Shown here in pieces: positions 1-10,828 of a stretch of 52,787 nt of DNA (position 1 is the stretch's first letter; each line of letters starts with the position of its first letter). Made by a program: the position numbers and the translations under genes. The notes under the pieces are model-generated. The model worked only from the letters and a program-made list of their open reading frames with translations, did no database searches and was not told the origin of the DNA. The stretch is taken from assembly GCA_964412165.1 (NCBI GenBank), contig CAYPMW010000004.1, forward strand, positions 23,091-75,877, read 5' to 3'. The DNA comes from an uncultured Gammaproteobacteria bacterium. Lineage in GTDB: Bacteria; Patescibacteriota; Microgenomatia; UBA10105.

Positions 1-30
1 TAACTAGTTTAGCAAGTTGATCGTCTAGTG

Positions 31-73
31 TACTTAGCGAATCAGCCAGCTGGGGGATTCGCTTCGCTAAGTA
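31..73. repeat. REP-like palindromic element
   Basis: Perfect 10-bp inverted repeat TACTTAGCGA (31-40) / TCGCTAAGTA (64-73) enclosing CCAGCTGG; GATTCGCTTC also occurs in the 46.5-kb element. Confidence 0.55.
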
Positions 74-131
74 ACCATCAAAAAAAATAAAGCCCCTGTT
101 GGCTTCAAAATGAATTGTAGCACACAAGCCT

Positions 132-785
132 TCAGGTTACAAGAAGGACTGATTGGTAATATTCTTGGGCAGCTTTTGCTATTGAAAATGCTTTAGAAAG
201 TCTATCCGGATCAGCTAGTCTTTGATACATCCAAGCTAAGGGGAAGTAACCATCATTAAAGAATGCTCGAGCTTCTTCGGCAGTGCGTCCATCAGCGCCC
301 ACTATGGTTGCATAAAAGTCTTGAAAATCTATTTTATTTGTTACAGAACCGTGGTTATGTGCGAATCTACCATATGCTAAATTACCATTTGCCATAAAAG
401 TAGCACTCAAAGTGGCTTGTCCTGTTTGTTCTAGGCGGTTCATTTCAACATCAATGAGAGTATAAGAAATTCGAGTATCAACCAATAAAGGAGGATTTTG
501 TGCGAATTGTAAAATATATACAGGCCTAGATTCATCTCGCTTATCGATATAAAAAGATGACCAGCGATTGCGATACATTTTTAAGACTTCGCCAAGTCCT
601 GGTAAAGTAGCCAATAAGTTTCTGACTCCGAATTGTATATAATTTTCTATTTCGGAGTCTAAAATACCCAAATCCTTCAGTTCAATCAATGTTGATAACT
701 CGTTATACAGTTTAAGCGTCCACAAGGATCTTTCGAATTGAGGTAGAGCAGGCGATGCGACTTTAGTTTCATGAGAGCGTACCAT
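132..785 (-). CDS. hypothetical protein (orphan)
   Basis: 217-aa ORF; TATAAT 7 nt upstream of ATG; no family motif recognised. Confidence 0.75.
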   Translation of the reverse strand: MVRSHETKVASPALPQFERSLWTLKLYNELSTLIELKDLGILDSEIENYIQFGVRNLLATLPGLGEVLKMYRNRWSSFYIDKRDESRPVYILQFAQNPPLLVDTRISYTLIDVEMNRLEQTGQATLSATFMANGNLAYGRFAHNHGSVTNKIDFQDFYATIVGADGRTAEEARAFFNDGYFPLAWMYQRLADPDRLSKAFSIAKAAQEYYQSVLLVT

Positions 786-826
786 AGAGGGAATTATAAC
801 AGGAGGATCAATAATTCTTAAATTTT

Positions 827-1927
827 TTAAAATTTTTGCTGAATGAACTCTTTAAACGCGATGCCGTTGGGTCGAAGCGTCCCGTCTGGATTAAACAGGC
901 TTCTTGATCCGCCAAAACCTTCGGTATCGTGACTGAACCAAACCGCAATTGGTAAATCTAGCTGCGTAATTTTTTTCATGGTATTTATTACCTGGAGAGG
1001 ATTTTCATTTTCCTGCTGTCCGACTTCATTTGTTAACGCTGGTAATCCTGTCGTTTCTTCAAGATAGTCGACTGCTTCGTTTAATGCATCGGTATCCTCG
1101 ATATACCAGTGGAAATTGACGAAGTCCGCATCAGCTTGGGCATAACCGGCGAGTAGCTCTTGGCCACGTCTGATTTGCAACTGAAGTCGTGGACTGTCGG
1201 GACTTTTTTCATAGCGAATAAATTCTTCAGGGTCGAGCGTACGTCTTAAATACTCGCGGGCTTTAAACGGTTCGCCTTGTTCGCGGTACTGTTCAGCTGT
1301 CAAATAGGCAACCAAGCTACTGACAAGCCCGCCGTTGGTGCATTTGGTGTTTTTTTCATGCGCTACTTCACAGGCGGCAGCGAGTTCGGCATGATACTCT
1401 TCGGGTGTTCCAGAATAAAACAGCGTGAGAGAATTTTCTTCGTTCTCAACGACCAGCACTTCAGGCTGGTAAGTCTCAAGTACTCTTGAAATAATTAGTT
1501 TAAAAGCAGGTATATTGGTAGGCGGGTAAGACGGCTCGCCGTTTCCGCCTCCGTTGCGGATCGTGAGAACTAGTTTTAGGCCTTCGTTTAAAGCTGCATC
1601 GCACTCACTGCATCGCCCGTTCCAGCGGTCAACGAACAGTGAAAGTGGTCGATAATAACGGACACCCAGATCTTTCGCCATTTGCATTTTTTCACGGTCG
1701 GAAAACGCTTGGGAGGGAATCATGACGCCGAAGGGATTGATTTGTGTAGGCAAACTAGGTATAACCTGAGGCGATGGTAGCGGCAGCTGAGGAAGAGTGA
1801 GATAATTTTCATTTAATTTTAACCGCGATACGTTTCCGAGAGCTGTAGAAAACGTAAATACTCCAAGATTAAGAATCATGAGTAGCATTACCACCAGGAG
1901 TGATATGTGAATCAGCCGGTGTGTCAT
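827..1927 (-). CDS. membrane-anchored clan GH-A glycoside hydrolase-like protein
   Basis: N-terminal TM helix; VVENEENS (acid/base-like), NFHWY, LTNEVG (nucleophile-like). Start moved to MTHRL (1927) because TATACT lies 6 nt upstream. Confidence 0.7.
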   Translation of the reverse strand: MTHRLIHISLLVVMLLMILNLGVFTFSTALGNVSRLKLNENYLTLPQLPLPSPQVIPSLPTQINPFGVMIPSQAFSDREKMQMAKDLGVRYYRPLSLFVDRWNGRCSECDAALNEGLKLVLTIRNGGGNGEPSYPPTNIPAFKLIISRVLETYQPEVLVVENEENSLTLFYSGTPEEYHAELAAACEVAHEKNTKCTNGGLVSSLVAYLTAEQYREQGEPFKAREYLRRTLDPEEFIRYEKSPDSPRLQLQIRRGQELLAGYAQADADFVNFHWYIEDTDALNEAVDYLEETTGLPALTNEVGQQENENPLQVINTMKKITQLDLPIAVWFSHDTEGFGGSRSLFNPDGTLRPNGIAFKEFIQQKF

Positions 1928-2036
1928 AGGATAAGTATATGTAAAAAACATAAGCGGAGCAATTATAGCAATTTAGGTAAATTGATTATTTTCGTGGATT
2001 TCGCTAGACTTAAATTAAAGCTAGCCCATATTCATC

Positions 2037-4919
2037 ATGAGACGAACATATCTGTTATTATTTTTTTTCCTAATCATCTTCGTACTTTCACTCCGCCCTA
2101 CATTTGCTCAAAAAAAATTTGGTAAAAACCAGATTGGGCCGAATATGTCTTCTGACATTCGATACGAACCGGTACGTGCGACTCTTAAAGCCAAAGGTGT
2201 AGCGTTTGCGACACTTATGGTTGATGTCGGAGCGTGCAACACGACTCCTGATTATTCGTTGTGTCTTGATGACACAATGAAAAACTGGCAAACCTGGGTG
2301 AATGAGACAGGCATTGGTGCTGCCATAATTCGTGTCTATAACGGGGGTTATGAGATTTCTTCGAGTAAAGCATTTACACTTGGCGATGCGTTTGCGCGAT
2401 ATTTTCCCGGAAGACGGGTAGTATTTGGCAATGAACCAAATAATATTGTACTTGAATGGAAGGGCGGGACACCAGCATCGTACGCAGAATCACTCAAACA
2501 GTTTGCAGACGGTGCCAAGGGACGGATAGAAGTGATTGCCGCGCCACTTGACCCATTTTTTGAAGATACGGTGAGTGGGTTTAAAGCTGAAGATTTCATC
2601 CGACAAGTATATGGTGGTGGTAATGCCCTAAAATTTATTAATGTCGATGGACTGGCGTTTAACGTCTATCATGAGGGAAGCGATATCGGCGACTGCCCGA
2701 TAGAAGTAACAGCACTTACGAGCGCTTTACGTAGAACGAAATGTTCCTGGCTTTGGCTGGTTGGTATATACGGTGGCAATGGCGTGAAGCAGAAAAAGTT
2801 CTATCTCACCGAATTTAGCCTGGCTCCTCATACAAGCGATGACGATCTAGGGTCGGTAATAAACTTTATTGACACGAATAAACAAGAGATGATTGACCGT
2901 GGTGCAGAACTCATCACACCGCTTATCCGAAACCCGTGCTTCGATCCGTCTGCTACTTCAGGATTTAAAAAATGGCCATGGCTTATGTTTTTAGACGGCA
3001 GTCCATCTCAAGCCGTCAATCCTGAAAATGGTGAAGCGGTGAGCGAGACGTGCGTAGAGGCAGACTTTGTCGAATGTCAAGAAGTTGAAGACTCCGAGCC
3101 ACAAAAAAGGGGAATATTTAACTTTCTCAAAAGTTTCTTTGGTGCGATTTATTCATCGATTCATGGACTATTTGCCCAAAAAACCGGAGAATGTACCAAT
3201 GCGTTTGACGTCATCGGTAGCGACGTTGAAGACGATCGTCGAACTGCCGCAGGTAAGCGCTTTTGCAATTATGATCCAAAAACTGTGGGCACCATCAGTT
3301 ATCCTTATAATGTGAGTGAGAACGTGACCATCTCCTTTAATCTGTTTAACGAAATATCGCGCTTATTTTCCTGGAATGTATCGACCAACGCCTGGCTACC
3401 GTTTTACAATACTTCAAAAAAATATTCACCTGGGCAGGTGCCATCAGAGAATACCGCAGTCGATTACTATGCCGGCTGCAGTGATACCGAATATTTGGAG
3501 GATTGGAATAAATACAAAAATGCTAAACCGGAAGACAAAGATAAAGAATTTTTGAAAAAAGCCCGTAAATGTGCAGGTGTGATAATAAAATCGTTGCCGT
3601 ATAAAACGAAAAATGCCAACAAAGAATACAAAAAAACCGATGATGCATTAAGAGATAAGACCCTTATGGCTATCGCCCACAATTACGTCTGTGATCATCC
3701 GAACTTTGGCGGCGTCTGCGGAGCTGTCGATCACTTCCGCGAATTTGATTATCGTCTTGGCTGGGTGACTCCGGTTGATCCGAATGCTGCCGATATAACT
3801 ACTACCGCTACTTTGTATAATTCTTCCGAACCGCCGACTAGCAAGAAACGCGAAATGTGGGTAAGTGAGCTCTTTTGTATCAACCCCAATTTCGTCACTC
3901 CGTTTGTCGGAAGAAATGAGATAAATACCGTATGTCAGGAGATCATGGGGCCAAACTATGCAAGTGGTGAGATCGCTGCCAATTCTATTATCGGTAAAGC
4001 TAATAACGGGAGAAATTTATTTAAAACTCCGGATGAAAGCCAGATATACAGTTGGTCAGTGGCCTGGGAAAAAGTACCCAATAAACCCCTTTATGATACC
4101 GAAGCTGCAGGAAGTCTGGATAGAATTTTTCCTGGTCAAGGTGATGACAATAAACATTCACCACCGCCTGACGCTAAGGATTATGATGCCGATGCCGGCT
4201 CATACATGATGCCGGGAGTCACGGGTGTAAATGAAATGGCTAAGATAGGTGCTAACCTCAAGCTTCCCAAAGACAACGGTAAAAACAGGGAAAAGTATGA
4301 ATTGCCCAAGATTGACTGTCCAGGTAATAGTGTCGGAGATGATAAAGTACTTGATGCAGTAGCTGGCATGGAGTACAACCGGTCTTTCCCGGCGTTTAAT
4401 ATTTTTAATCTTTTGGGGATATTTGGTATAGGAGACCAGAAAACTGATTCCCGGACAATGAGTCGGGATGGGACGATTGAACTGGCAATTTCCCAAAACC
4501 AGGCGGACAATGTCCTCTACGCCAGATCAATTGGTAATGCCCGACAACCTCTATCAACCGTAAAAAAGTTGAGAACGAAAGTAGGCGGGCCTGATGGTCC
4601 GACCATTGATGCGCTCGGTACACCGAGCGAATTCCGCTGTACCGGAGCTAATTGTCCAAACAAAGGCACCATTCCTTTGACCGGTGGTCCGGCAATCCTG
4701 GCCTATAATCCAGAGCCGTGTGGGTCGCTACTCCAAGAATCGCTCCGGCCGAGGAAGGCATGCAAAAAGTCGATCAGCGGCTGGGTACACGATGTCGCCA
4801 GTCAAGTTGAGGTAGATCGACTGAGTAAAAACGCCTGGGAAAGCTTGGTATCTCTCAACCCCCTCAAACGTACCAATGACAATTTAAGTACTCATGAAGT
4901 CGTATCTCCGGTCGACTGA
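2037..4919 (+). CDS. large secreted protein with N-terminal GH-A-like catalytic domain and Cys-rich C-terminal region
   Basis: Signal peptide MRRTYLLLFFFLIIFVLSLRPTFAQ; VFGNEPNN and FYLTEFS motifs; about 600 aa uncharacterised Cys-containing tail. Confidence 0.75.
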   Translation: MRRTYLLLFFFLIIFVLSLRPTFAQKKFGKNQIGPNMSSDIRYEPVRATLKAKGVAFATLMVDVGACNTTPDYSLCLDDTMKNWQTWVNETGIGAAIIRVYNGGYEISSSKAFTLGDAFARYFPGRRVVFGNEPNNIVLEWKGGTPASYAESLKQFADGAKGRIEVIAAPLDPFFEDTVSGFKAEDFIRQVYGGGNALKFINVDGLAFNVYHEGSDIGDCPIEVTALTSALRRTKCSWLWLVGIYGGNGVKQKKFYLTEFSLAPHTSDDDLGSVINFIDTNKQEMIDRGAELITPLIRNPCFDPSATSGFKKWPWLMFLDGSPSQAVNPENGEAVSETCVEADFVECQEVEDSEPQKRGIFNFLKSFFGAIYSSIHGLFAQKTGECTNAFDVIGSDVEDDRRTAAGKRFCNYDPKTVGTISYPYNVSENVTISFNLFNEISRLFSWNVSTNAWLPFYNTSKKYSPGQVPSENTAVDYYAGCSDTEYLEDWNKYKNAKPEDKDKEFLKKARKCAGVIIKSLPYKTKNANKEYKKTDDALRDKTLMAIAHNYVCDHPNFGGVCGAVDHFREFDYRLGWVTPVDPNAADITTTATLYNSSEPPTSKKREMWVSELFCINPNFVTPFVGRNEINTVCQEIMGPNYASGEIAANSIIGKANNGRNLFKTPDESQIYSWSVAWEKVPNKPLYDTEAAGSLDRIFPGQGDDNKHSPPPDAKDYDADAGSYMMPGVTGVNEMAKIGANLKLPKDNGKNREKYELPKIDCPGNSVGDDKVLDAVAGMEYNRSFPAFNIFNLLGIFGIGDQKTDSRTMSRDGTIELAISQNQADNVLYARSIGNARQPLSTVKKLRTKVGGPDGPTIDALGTPSEFRCTGANCPNKGTIPLTGGPAILAYNPEPCGSLLQESLRPRKACKKSISGWVHDVASQVEVDRLSKNAWESLVSLNPLKRTNDNLSTHEVVSPVD

Positions 4920-5036
4920 CCGGTATTAGATCCCGGCTACGACAACTGCTTCTTTCGTTATTCCCTCAATCTAAAGATAAAATCTCGCGTACTACTTTGG
5001 AGTCTTGCAGTTTTGGTAAATGGTGCGCTATGATGG

Positions 5037-6326
5037 ATGAGGAGAAAGATGCATGTTATGGAACCATTTTTAACCCGACGCTCAACGATTACCATTTTCA
5101 TCATTTTATTTCTCACTTTTATTCTGGCACTTTCTGTCTCGCTCGTTGAACGGGAAAGGCAAGATATTCGCCAACGGGCTCAGGTTGAGGATGTGACGCT
5201 TGAACTGACACCGGGGACTGTCGAAGTTCCGACAGATACCCCTTTTTCAATGAATGTGCTCTTGAACTCTCCGACTCAGGGAGTATCCCAAGTAGATCTA
5301 GTGGTAAATTACGATCCGACACTTGTCCATGCAGTAAACATTACTCCGGGAGTATTTTTGCCTACGATGTCGGGCAGTTCTATCACCGAGACAGATATTG
5401 GTACCATCTTGGCCACGTTTACAACTGATGGAGTGACTCAAACCGCGGACTATGAAACGCTCGCAACTATCACGTTTGAGTCGCTCGATACTCCTGGAAA
5501 AAATGAGGTTACTATAAATACTTCCTCAACTGTGACCGTCACTTCGGGAGTAGTGACGCCACAGGTTTCAAATGCTACTGTAGTGGTGATGAGTGTCCCT
5601 AGTCCATCAGCCAGTCCTTCTGAGGAACCAACTCCTCCCCCCACTCCTACACCATCACCCACACCATCACCTTCACCCACCCCCGATCCTACTCCTACAC
5701 CATCTTCTACACCTTCCGCAACTCCGGGCACAGGAGGTAGTGATCCAACTGCGTCGCCGTTTGTGGCGTGTACTAAATCCGCGCCTTCATCTCCTACCAA
5801 TTTGCGCGCGGTGGCCACTGGTGTGAAAACCGTGAATTTGTCATGGTCGGGAACTGCCAATACGACGCATTACGGTATCGTGTATGGTCAAGAATCAGGT
5901 AGATACACGTGGGGAGCTGCTGATGTGGGAAATGTGACCTCATTTACGGTCGGCAATTTATTACCCAGTACCCGCTATTATTTTGCGGTGTTTGCCGTCA
6001 ATGATTGTGCCTCAAGCGGAGTCTCAGACGAAGCTAACGCCAAGACCAATGCCTCATCTGGACAAACGGCCACACCCCTTCCTGATCCATCTCCCACAGG
6101 TGGTCGGGGAGTATTTGTGCCACTAGATCCGGATGAAGAACCTATCCCATTTCTGACAGGAAGAAGAAACAGACTGCTTGCAAGTCCCTTACCGCAAGTA
6201 TCAGTGCCTCCACGGGAAACAGGAGAGAAGGGCGGTACGAATGTGTCACCTCTCGGGATTTTCTTCCTCTTTTTGGCGACTCTGTTTTTAGGCATCTTTC
6301 TCTATAGAATTCATCGCGGGGACTAG
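5037..6326 (+). CDS. surface protein: TM - cohesin-like - Pro/Thr linker - fibronectin type III - C-terminal TM
   Basis: VDLVVNYDPTLV cohesin-like strand pattern; PTPTPSP linker; APSSPTNLRA...LSW...LLPSTRYYFAVFAVN Fn3 signature. True start may be 5058. Confidence 0.8.
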   Translation: MRRKMHVMEPFLTRRSTITIFIILFLTFILALSVSLVERERQDIRQRAQVEDVTLELTPGTVEVPTDTPFSMNVLLNSPTQGVSQVDLVVNYDPTLVHAVNITPGVFLPTMSGSSITETDIGTILATFTTDGVTQTADYETLATITFESLDTPGKNEVTINTSSTVTVTSGVVTPQVSNATVVVMSVPSPSASPSEEPTPPPTPTPSPTPSPSPTPDPTPTPSSTPSATPGTGGSDPTASPFVACTKSAPSSPTNLRAVATGVKTVNLSWSGTANTTHYGIVYGQESGRYTWGAADVGNVTSFTVGNLLPSTRYYFAVFAVNDCASSGVSDEANAKTNASSGQTATPLPDPSPTGGRGVFVPLDPDEEPIPFLTGRRNRLLASPLPQVSVPPRETGEKGGTNVSPLGIFFLFLATLFLGIFLYRIHRGD

Positions 6327-6411
6327 CCAGTTTGACAAACCAACCAATTCCTTGTTACCATTGGGAGCTGTTTGGTTTAGAAAGCGGATCTCTTGGCTAA
6401 TTAAAAAACAT

Positions 6412-7287
6412 ATGGCTCACAAAAAAATACGCAAAGCTGTCATTCCCGCTGCTGGCTTCGGGACGCGGTTTTTACCACAGACTAAAGCACTTCCCAAAGA
6501 GATGCTGCCTATCGTTGATAAGCCAATTATTCAATATGTGGTTGAGGAAGTGGTTGCATCAGGGATAGAGGATATTATCATTGTCACCGGCTGGCATAAG
6601 CGGGCAATTGAAGATCATTTTGATTACCCGTTTGAGCTTGAAATGCGGCTTAAGGAATGGGGTAAACATGAAATGCTTGAAGAAGTGCGCCGGATTGCTG
6701 ATATGGCCAATTTCATCTATGTCCGGCAAAAGGGCCCCTATGGCAACGGGACGCCGGTTTTATCAGCCCGAAGTGTCATCGGTGATGAACCATTCGTTGT
6801 TGTCTGGGGGGATGAGTTTATGTATGCGACGCCTCCGCGGGTACTCCAATGCGTCGGGGTGTTTGAAAAGTATGGCGATCCAGTGATTTCCGCTGTCAAA
6901 GTGCCTAAAAAAGATGTGGGTAGATATGGGATAGTGGATGTCAAAAATGTTGAGGGCAATATCTACCAGATTTTTGATCTCATCGAAAAACCAAAGCCAG
7001 AAGAAACGCCATCAATTTTGGCAGCTCACGGGTGCTATGTGTTAACACCTGATATTTTCGACATTCTTGCCAACCTCAAGCCCGGTAAAGGCGGAGAGAT
7101 TTGGCTCACTGATGCGATTAAAAAGCTCATGAAAAGTAGACCCATCTATGCGTGTGAGATCAAAAACAACAAGTACTACGATACAGGAAATAAACTCGAA
7201 TATTTAAAAACAGTGGTGGAATTCGCCCTAAACCACAAAGATTTAAACGGTGATTTCCGCGCCTACCTCAGAAGCCTCAAACTGTAA
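6412..7287 (+). CDS. galU: UTP-glucose-1-phosphate uridylyltransferase
   Basis: KAVIPAAGFGTRFLPQTKALPKEMLPIVDKP signature; EKP; YDTG; ATG at 6412 preferred over TTG 6352. Confidence 0.95.
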   Translation: MAHKKIRKAVIPAAGFGTRFLPQTKALPKEMLPIVDKPIIQYVVEEVVASGIEDIIIVTGWHKRAIEDHFDYPFELEMRLKEWGKHEMLEEVRRIADMANFIYVRQKGPYGNGTPVLSARSVIGDEPFVVVWGDEFMYATPPRVLQCVGVFEKYGDPVISAVKVPKKDVGRYGIVDVKNVEGNIYQIFDLIEKPKPEETPSILAAHGCYVLTPDIFDILANLKPGKGGEIWLTDAIKKLMKSRPIYACEIKNNKYYDTGNKLEYLKTVVEFALNHKDLNGDFRAYLRSLKL

Positions 7288-7404
7288 AAAATCAAAAGTT
7301 AAATCAAAAATACTCGGGATTTGCAAAAACTTCGCTGATTTGGTGTAATAACAATTACGATTGGTAATGATCGTATATATTCTTAATTCCGAATTCAAAA
7401 TAGC

Positions 7405-7977
7405 ATGCCATATATCCACAAAGTAAAACGATTTGGCTACTATCTCAAACACATCAAACATTCCTTTACCCACGTGCTGATTGGTTTGGTCTATGCATGG
7501 ATCTTGAGGGAGCTATGGCAGGAATTGTCGCTTTGGTACACGCTGCTTGCGGCAGTGGGGTCGCTTCTTATCGATGTTGATCACCTCTTGTATTTTTTCA
7601 CCTATGGTCGGCACGAGTGGTATGCTAAAGAGGTGCGCAAACTTTTAAAATTTGGCCAGTTCAAAAATTTCATTGTTTTTGCCAACACCAATCATAAATT
7701 AAACACCGGACTGGCTACCCACAATATTTATTTTCTTATATTCTTTATGGCTTTATCGGCAGTCTCCTTTCACTTTGATTCAAAGACCGGGGTAGTGATA
7801 TTCGGCTCTATAGTTTTACATTTACTTTTTGATATCTTTGATGATTTATGGGTACTCGGGCACCTCAACCAAAACTGGAAACGCCTGAGAAGGATCAAAA
7901 ACGGCGGAGGTTTAGAAAAAATAGTCTCAACTGCCTTTTCTTCCACTTTACGCACTTCCCGAAAACGCAAATCCTAA
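7405..7977 (+). CDS. inner-membrane putative metal-dependent hydrolase (YdjM-like)
   Basis: Several TM segments; His/Asp motifs HSFTH, SLLIDVDH, THN, HLLFD. Confidence 0.65.
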   Translation: MPYIHKVKRFGYYLKHIKHSFTHVLIGLVYAWILRELWQELSLWYTLLAAVGSLLIDVDHLLYFFTYGRHEWYAKEVRKLLKFGQFKNFIVFANTNHKLNTGLATHNIYFLIFFMALSAVSFHFDSKTGVVIFGSIVLHLLFDIFDDLWVLGHLNQNWKRLRRIKNGGGLEKIVSTAFSSTLRTSRKRKS

Positions 7978-8049
7978 TCTATCTCTCGTACGTGTACTAG
8001 CATAAATCGGATTTGCTATACCTATAGTTATGTACTAGAATGACAAATT

Positions 8050-9840
8050 ATGGCTATACGGAAGGAAAATTCCCCACATCAATGGTCACATATTGTAAAC
8101 TCAATAAAAGGATCTATAAGAAATTTTTTCAGTCACCGAAGTTTTGAGTATCCAAAAGAAGATTCACCATCCTTGGAAACGATTTATAAGTGGCGCGAGG
8201 ATGCAACCCATGTTTTTGAATTCATGCCATATGATCCATTACTGTCTCGACCGAGACAAATCGAGCTGGCCTTAGATGCGATTGTTTCAGGTTCACGGAA
8301 TGTTCAATTTCCCACACTTGAGAGCATGGTGGCTACTTATCAAATAAACGGAGACTCACTACCTGAGGGAGAAAGTCAACGGAGGATTTTTGAACTTTTT
8401 ACTGCTTACCGTTTACTAAGTTTTATCGAACGCGATGTGATACCAAGAGAAAGATTGGAACAATATCATAAAGATGTTGATCGGTATATCAGGTCGGTTT
8501 ACAAACATCTCAGCGGACGGCTACCAAATTTAGTCGCGATGACTGATTTACCAGGACAGTCAGCTATTAACGAACAGACCGGGGAGCTACTTTTTCCAGA
8601 TGAGCGAGCATTTTATACAGGAAAAGACAGAATGCCAGAATTGATGGTGTGGCGGATGGTTCTTGATAGTGTTTTGCACTGCCAAGATGATTTTGAACAG
8701 ATGGACTATATTACACTCCTTCGGCAGAAAGTTGGATCATGTCTCGCTAGTACACATCCAGATCTTGCCTCATTAAAACCCATTGCGAATGGTATAGCAT
8801 TTTTGGTAACCGAAAAGAGAGCATGCATGTTAGTTGATGCAAATCTAAATGCGGAAGTTGATACAATCACTCATTATGCATATATTTCAGAAGGCGAACA
8901 GGCGTATCATGTCATAGGCGTGGTTTCAGCTGATGATTCACTCATTCCGGGAAGTTTAATTCCCGAGACAAATATTTTGATTCTCGATTCAGAAACATTT
9001 AGGCGGTTTAGCGACATCAGATACTCGCTTCATAATATATTTATGTATTACCCAAAGTGTAGACATATATTGGATACACTTTGGGATGAAGAGGGTAATC
9101 GCTATCACCGCCTGAATCAGGATAAAAGATTATCCCGTCAAGACGCTGAACAGTTTCAGGCGATCGTTGAGGAATCGCTTACTCAACATATTGATAAAGT
9201 CAAAGAAATCATTCGCGCGCTTATGCAAAACCCGAGGGAACGTGAAGCCATAATGAGACAGTCACGCCGAGCATTTTGGGAGGAAAACGATATACGCGTT
9301 CCCATCACCATAGAGAGTGTAAACTATGAAATTGCTGCACGCAGCGTCATTCATATCCTAGCGCCAATTCTTCTTGATGTAATCTACACCCATCAACGAT
9401 TCAATCCTCACCCTGAAGAGATGGTTTTCATAAATCCAAGAGAATGGTTAGTGCGTACTGGGCCTGGTAATATTATGCTAGATCAGCTGAGGAACAATCA
9501 GTTAGGTATTCATGTCTTAAGTCCAGCCGGTCCGGAGCCGCTATCTCCACAGCGCGCGCTGGCGATGCAGCTTGATCACTTTTGTAATACGTATTATGGA
9601 CCACACAAAAAACCACCCTCAACGTGGGAAGAATTATTACAAATTATTGAACAAAGTACTATAGATTTTAATCACGGAATAGGTAAAGCGGAGGTGATCG
9701 CGCTGATTCATGATTTCATTCGCCAAAAAATCCCCATGCCTTACACGCATTACGCTTTCTTACCATTGGTTTTGAAATATTTCGCCACGATTGATCGAAT
9801 ACATGAGACAGAAGGAAACGGACATGAGCCAATTACGTAG
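8050..9840 (+). CDS. hypothetical protein (large orphan)
   Basis: 596-aa ORF; TAGAAT 8 nt upstream; no motif recognised. Confidence 0.75.
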   Translation: MAIRKENSPHQWSHIVNSIKGSIRNFFSHRSFEYPKEDSPSLETIYKWREDATHVFEFMPYDPLLSRPRQIELALDAIVSGSRNVQFPTLESMVATYQINGDSLPEGESQRRIFELFTAYRLLSFIERDVIPRERLEQYHKDVDRYIRSVYKHLSGRLPNLVAMTDLPGQSAINEQTGELLFPDERAFYTGKDRMPELMVWRMVLDSVLHCQDDFEQMDYITLLRQKVGSCLASTHPDLASLKPIANGIAFLVTEKRACMLVDANLNAEVDTITHYAYISEGEQAYHVIGVVSADDSLIPGSLIPETNILILDSETFRRFSDIRYSLHNIFMYYPKCRHILDTLWDEEGNRYHRLNQDKRLSRQDAEQFQAIVEESLTQHIDKVKEIIRALMQNPREREAIMRQSRRAFWEENDIRVPITIESVNYEIAARSVIHILAPILLDVIYTHQRFNPHPEEMVFINPREWLVRTGPGNIMLDQLRNNQLGIHVLSPAGPEPLSPQRALAMQLDHFCNTYYGPHKKPPSTWEELLQIIEQSTIDFNHGIGKAEVIALIHDFIRQKIPMPYTHYAFLPLVLKYFATIDRIHETEGNGHEPIT

Positions 9841-10027
9841 GTACTGAGTCGCAATGAGTTTTTATTAAAGATAGAAAAAAATCACGCTTCAATTCTGCGA
9901 ATAATTAAAGTATTAACTCGTCAGGGATATATTTTCCGATAGTGATATGCGGATGCATATTAGATATGAGTGTTGATGTTCACCAATTGACTTTTTGATC
10001 CGGTTACGGTTACAGTAATACCAGCTT

Positions 10028-10771
10028 ATGGATGAAGCTCACCACCAAAAAGATGGGATGTCTGAGGATGCCAAGACCATCATCACCGTCATTCTTCTGA
10101 TCTTTTTTTCTCCGATTGGAGTCATCCTCATGTTTGTTTGGACTAAGTGGCCGATGTGGGCTAAGCTTCTAATTACTTTTGTCACCCTCTGGTGGGTATT
10201 TGTGTTTATATTAGTATTTTTAGGACTTTTTGGACTTATTACTTTCGGAGTGTTTACCGGCATTGATCAATATAATAAATGCGAAAAGGTTTGTGTGAGT
10301 GCTCCCTACCGAGAAGAATGCGTCAAAAGCTGTAGGGATGATTTGACATTGGGTAATGATCCGAAAGCGAATACAACATTTACTTCTGATACTCTCCTTA
10401 TCGCATTAAATTTGTTCCGTTTAGACGACAGAAGTGGGTCTGAGAGAATCGTGAAGACGGATTCATTATGTCGTTACGCAGAGCATTTGGCAGAGGTTCA
10501 TGTTGAGACTGGAGAAGTTTCCAATGATATTTTCGAGCGGGACATCGCTGATCCTGAAATCGCAGATCAGTATTTTTCAGGATTTGACCGAATTTTTATC
10601 CAGTCTCTGTCAACTCAAAATTTCCTCACGTCTGATTTGCCGCTGGCGTTTCGAGAAAGTGACGCTACTGCCATGGATTCACGAATTACCCACGGGTGTT
10701 TCGCGATCGTTCCAACTAAGGAACCCAATAAGGTTGTCATCCAGCTTGTTGGAGGAAATTTAAAAAAGTAA
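10028..10771 (+). CDS. membrane protein with degenerate CAP-like extracellular domain
   Basis: N-terminal TM module LLIFFSPIG...WTKW.MWAK; LLIALNLFR...LCRYAEHLAE...THGCFA resembles the CAP/SCP fold. Confidence 0.6.
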   Translation: MDEAHHQKDGMSEDAKTIITVILLIFFSPIGVILMFVWTKWPMWAKLLITFVTLWWVFVFILVFLGLFGLITFGVFTGIDQYNKCEKVCVSAPYREECVKSCRDDLTLGNDPKANTTFTSDTLLIALNLFRLDDRSGSERIVKTDSLCRYAEHLAEVHVETGEVSNDIFERDIADPEIADQYFSGFDRIFIQSLSTQNFLTSDLPLAFRESDATAMDSRITHGCFAIVPTKEPNKVVIQLVGGNLKK

Positions 10772-10828
10772 TTTAATCCACGGTAATTTTCGAAAAATCA
10801 CTTTTGTATTTTGTAGTGGTTAATGCTT

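Noticed and set aside
5590-5730. Pro/Thr codon repeats here and at 50550-50690 as DNA repeat arrays
   Set aside because: They are in-frame low-complexity linkers with variable third positions.
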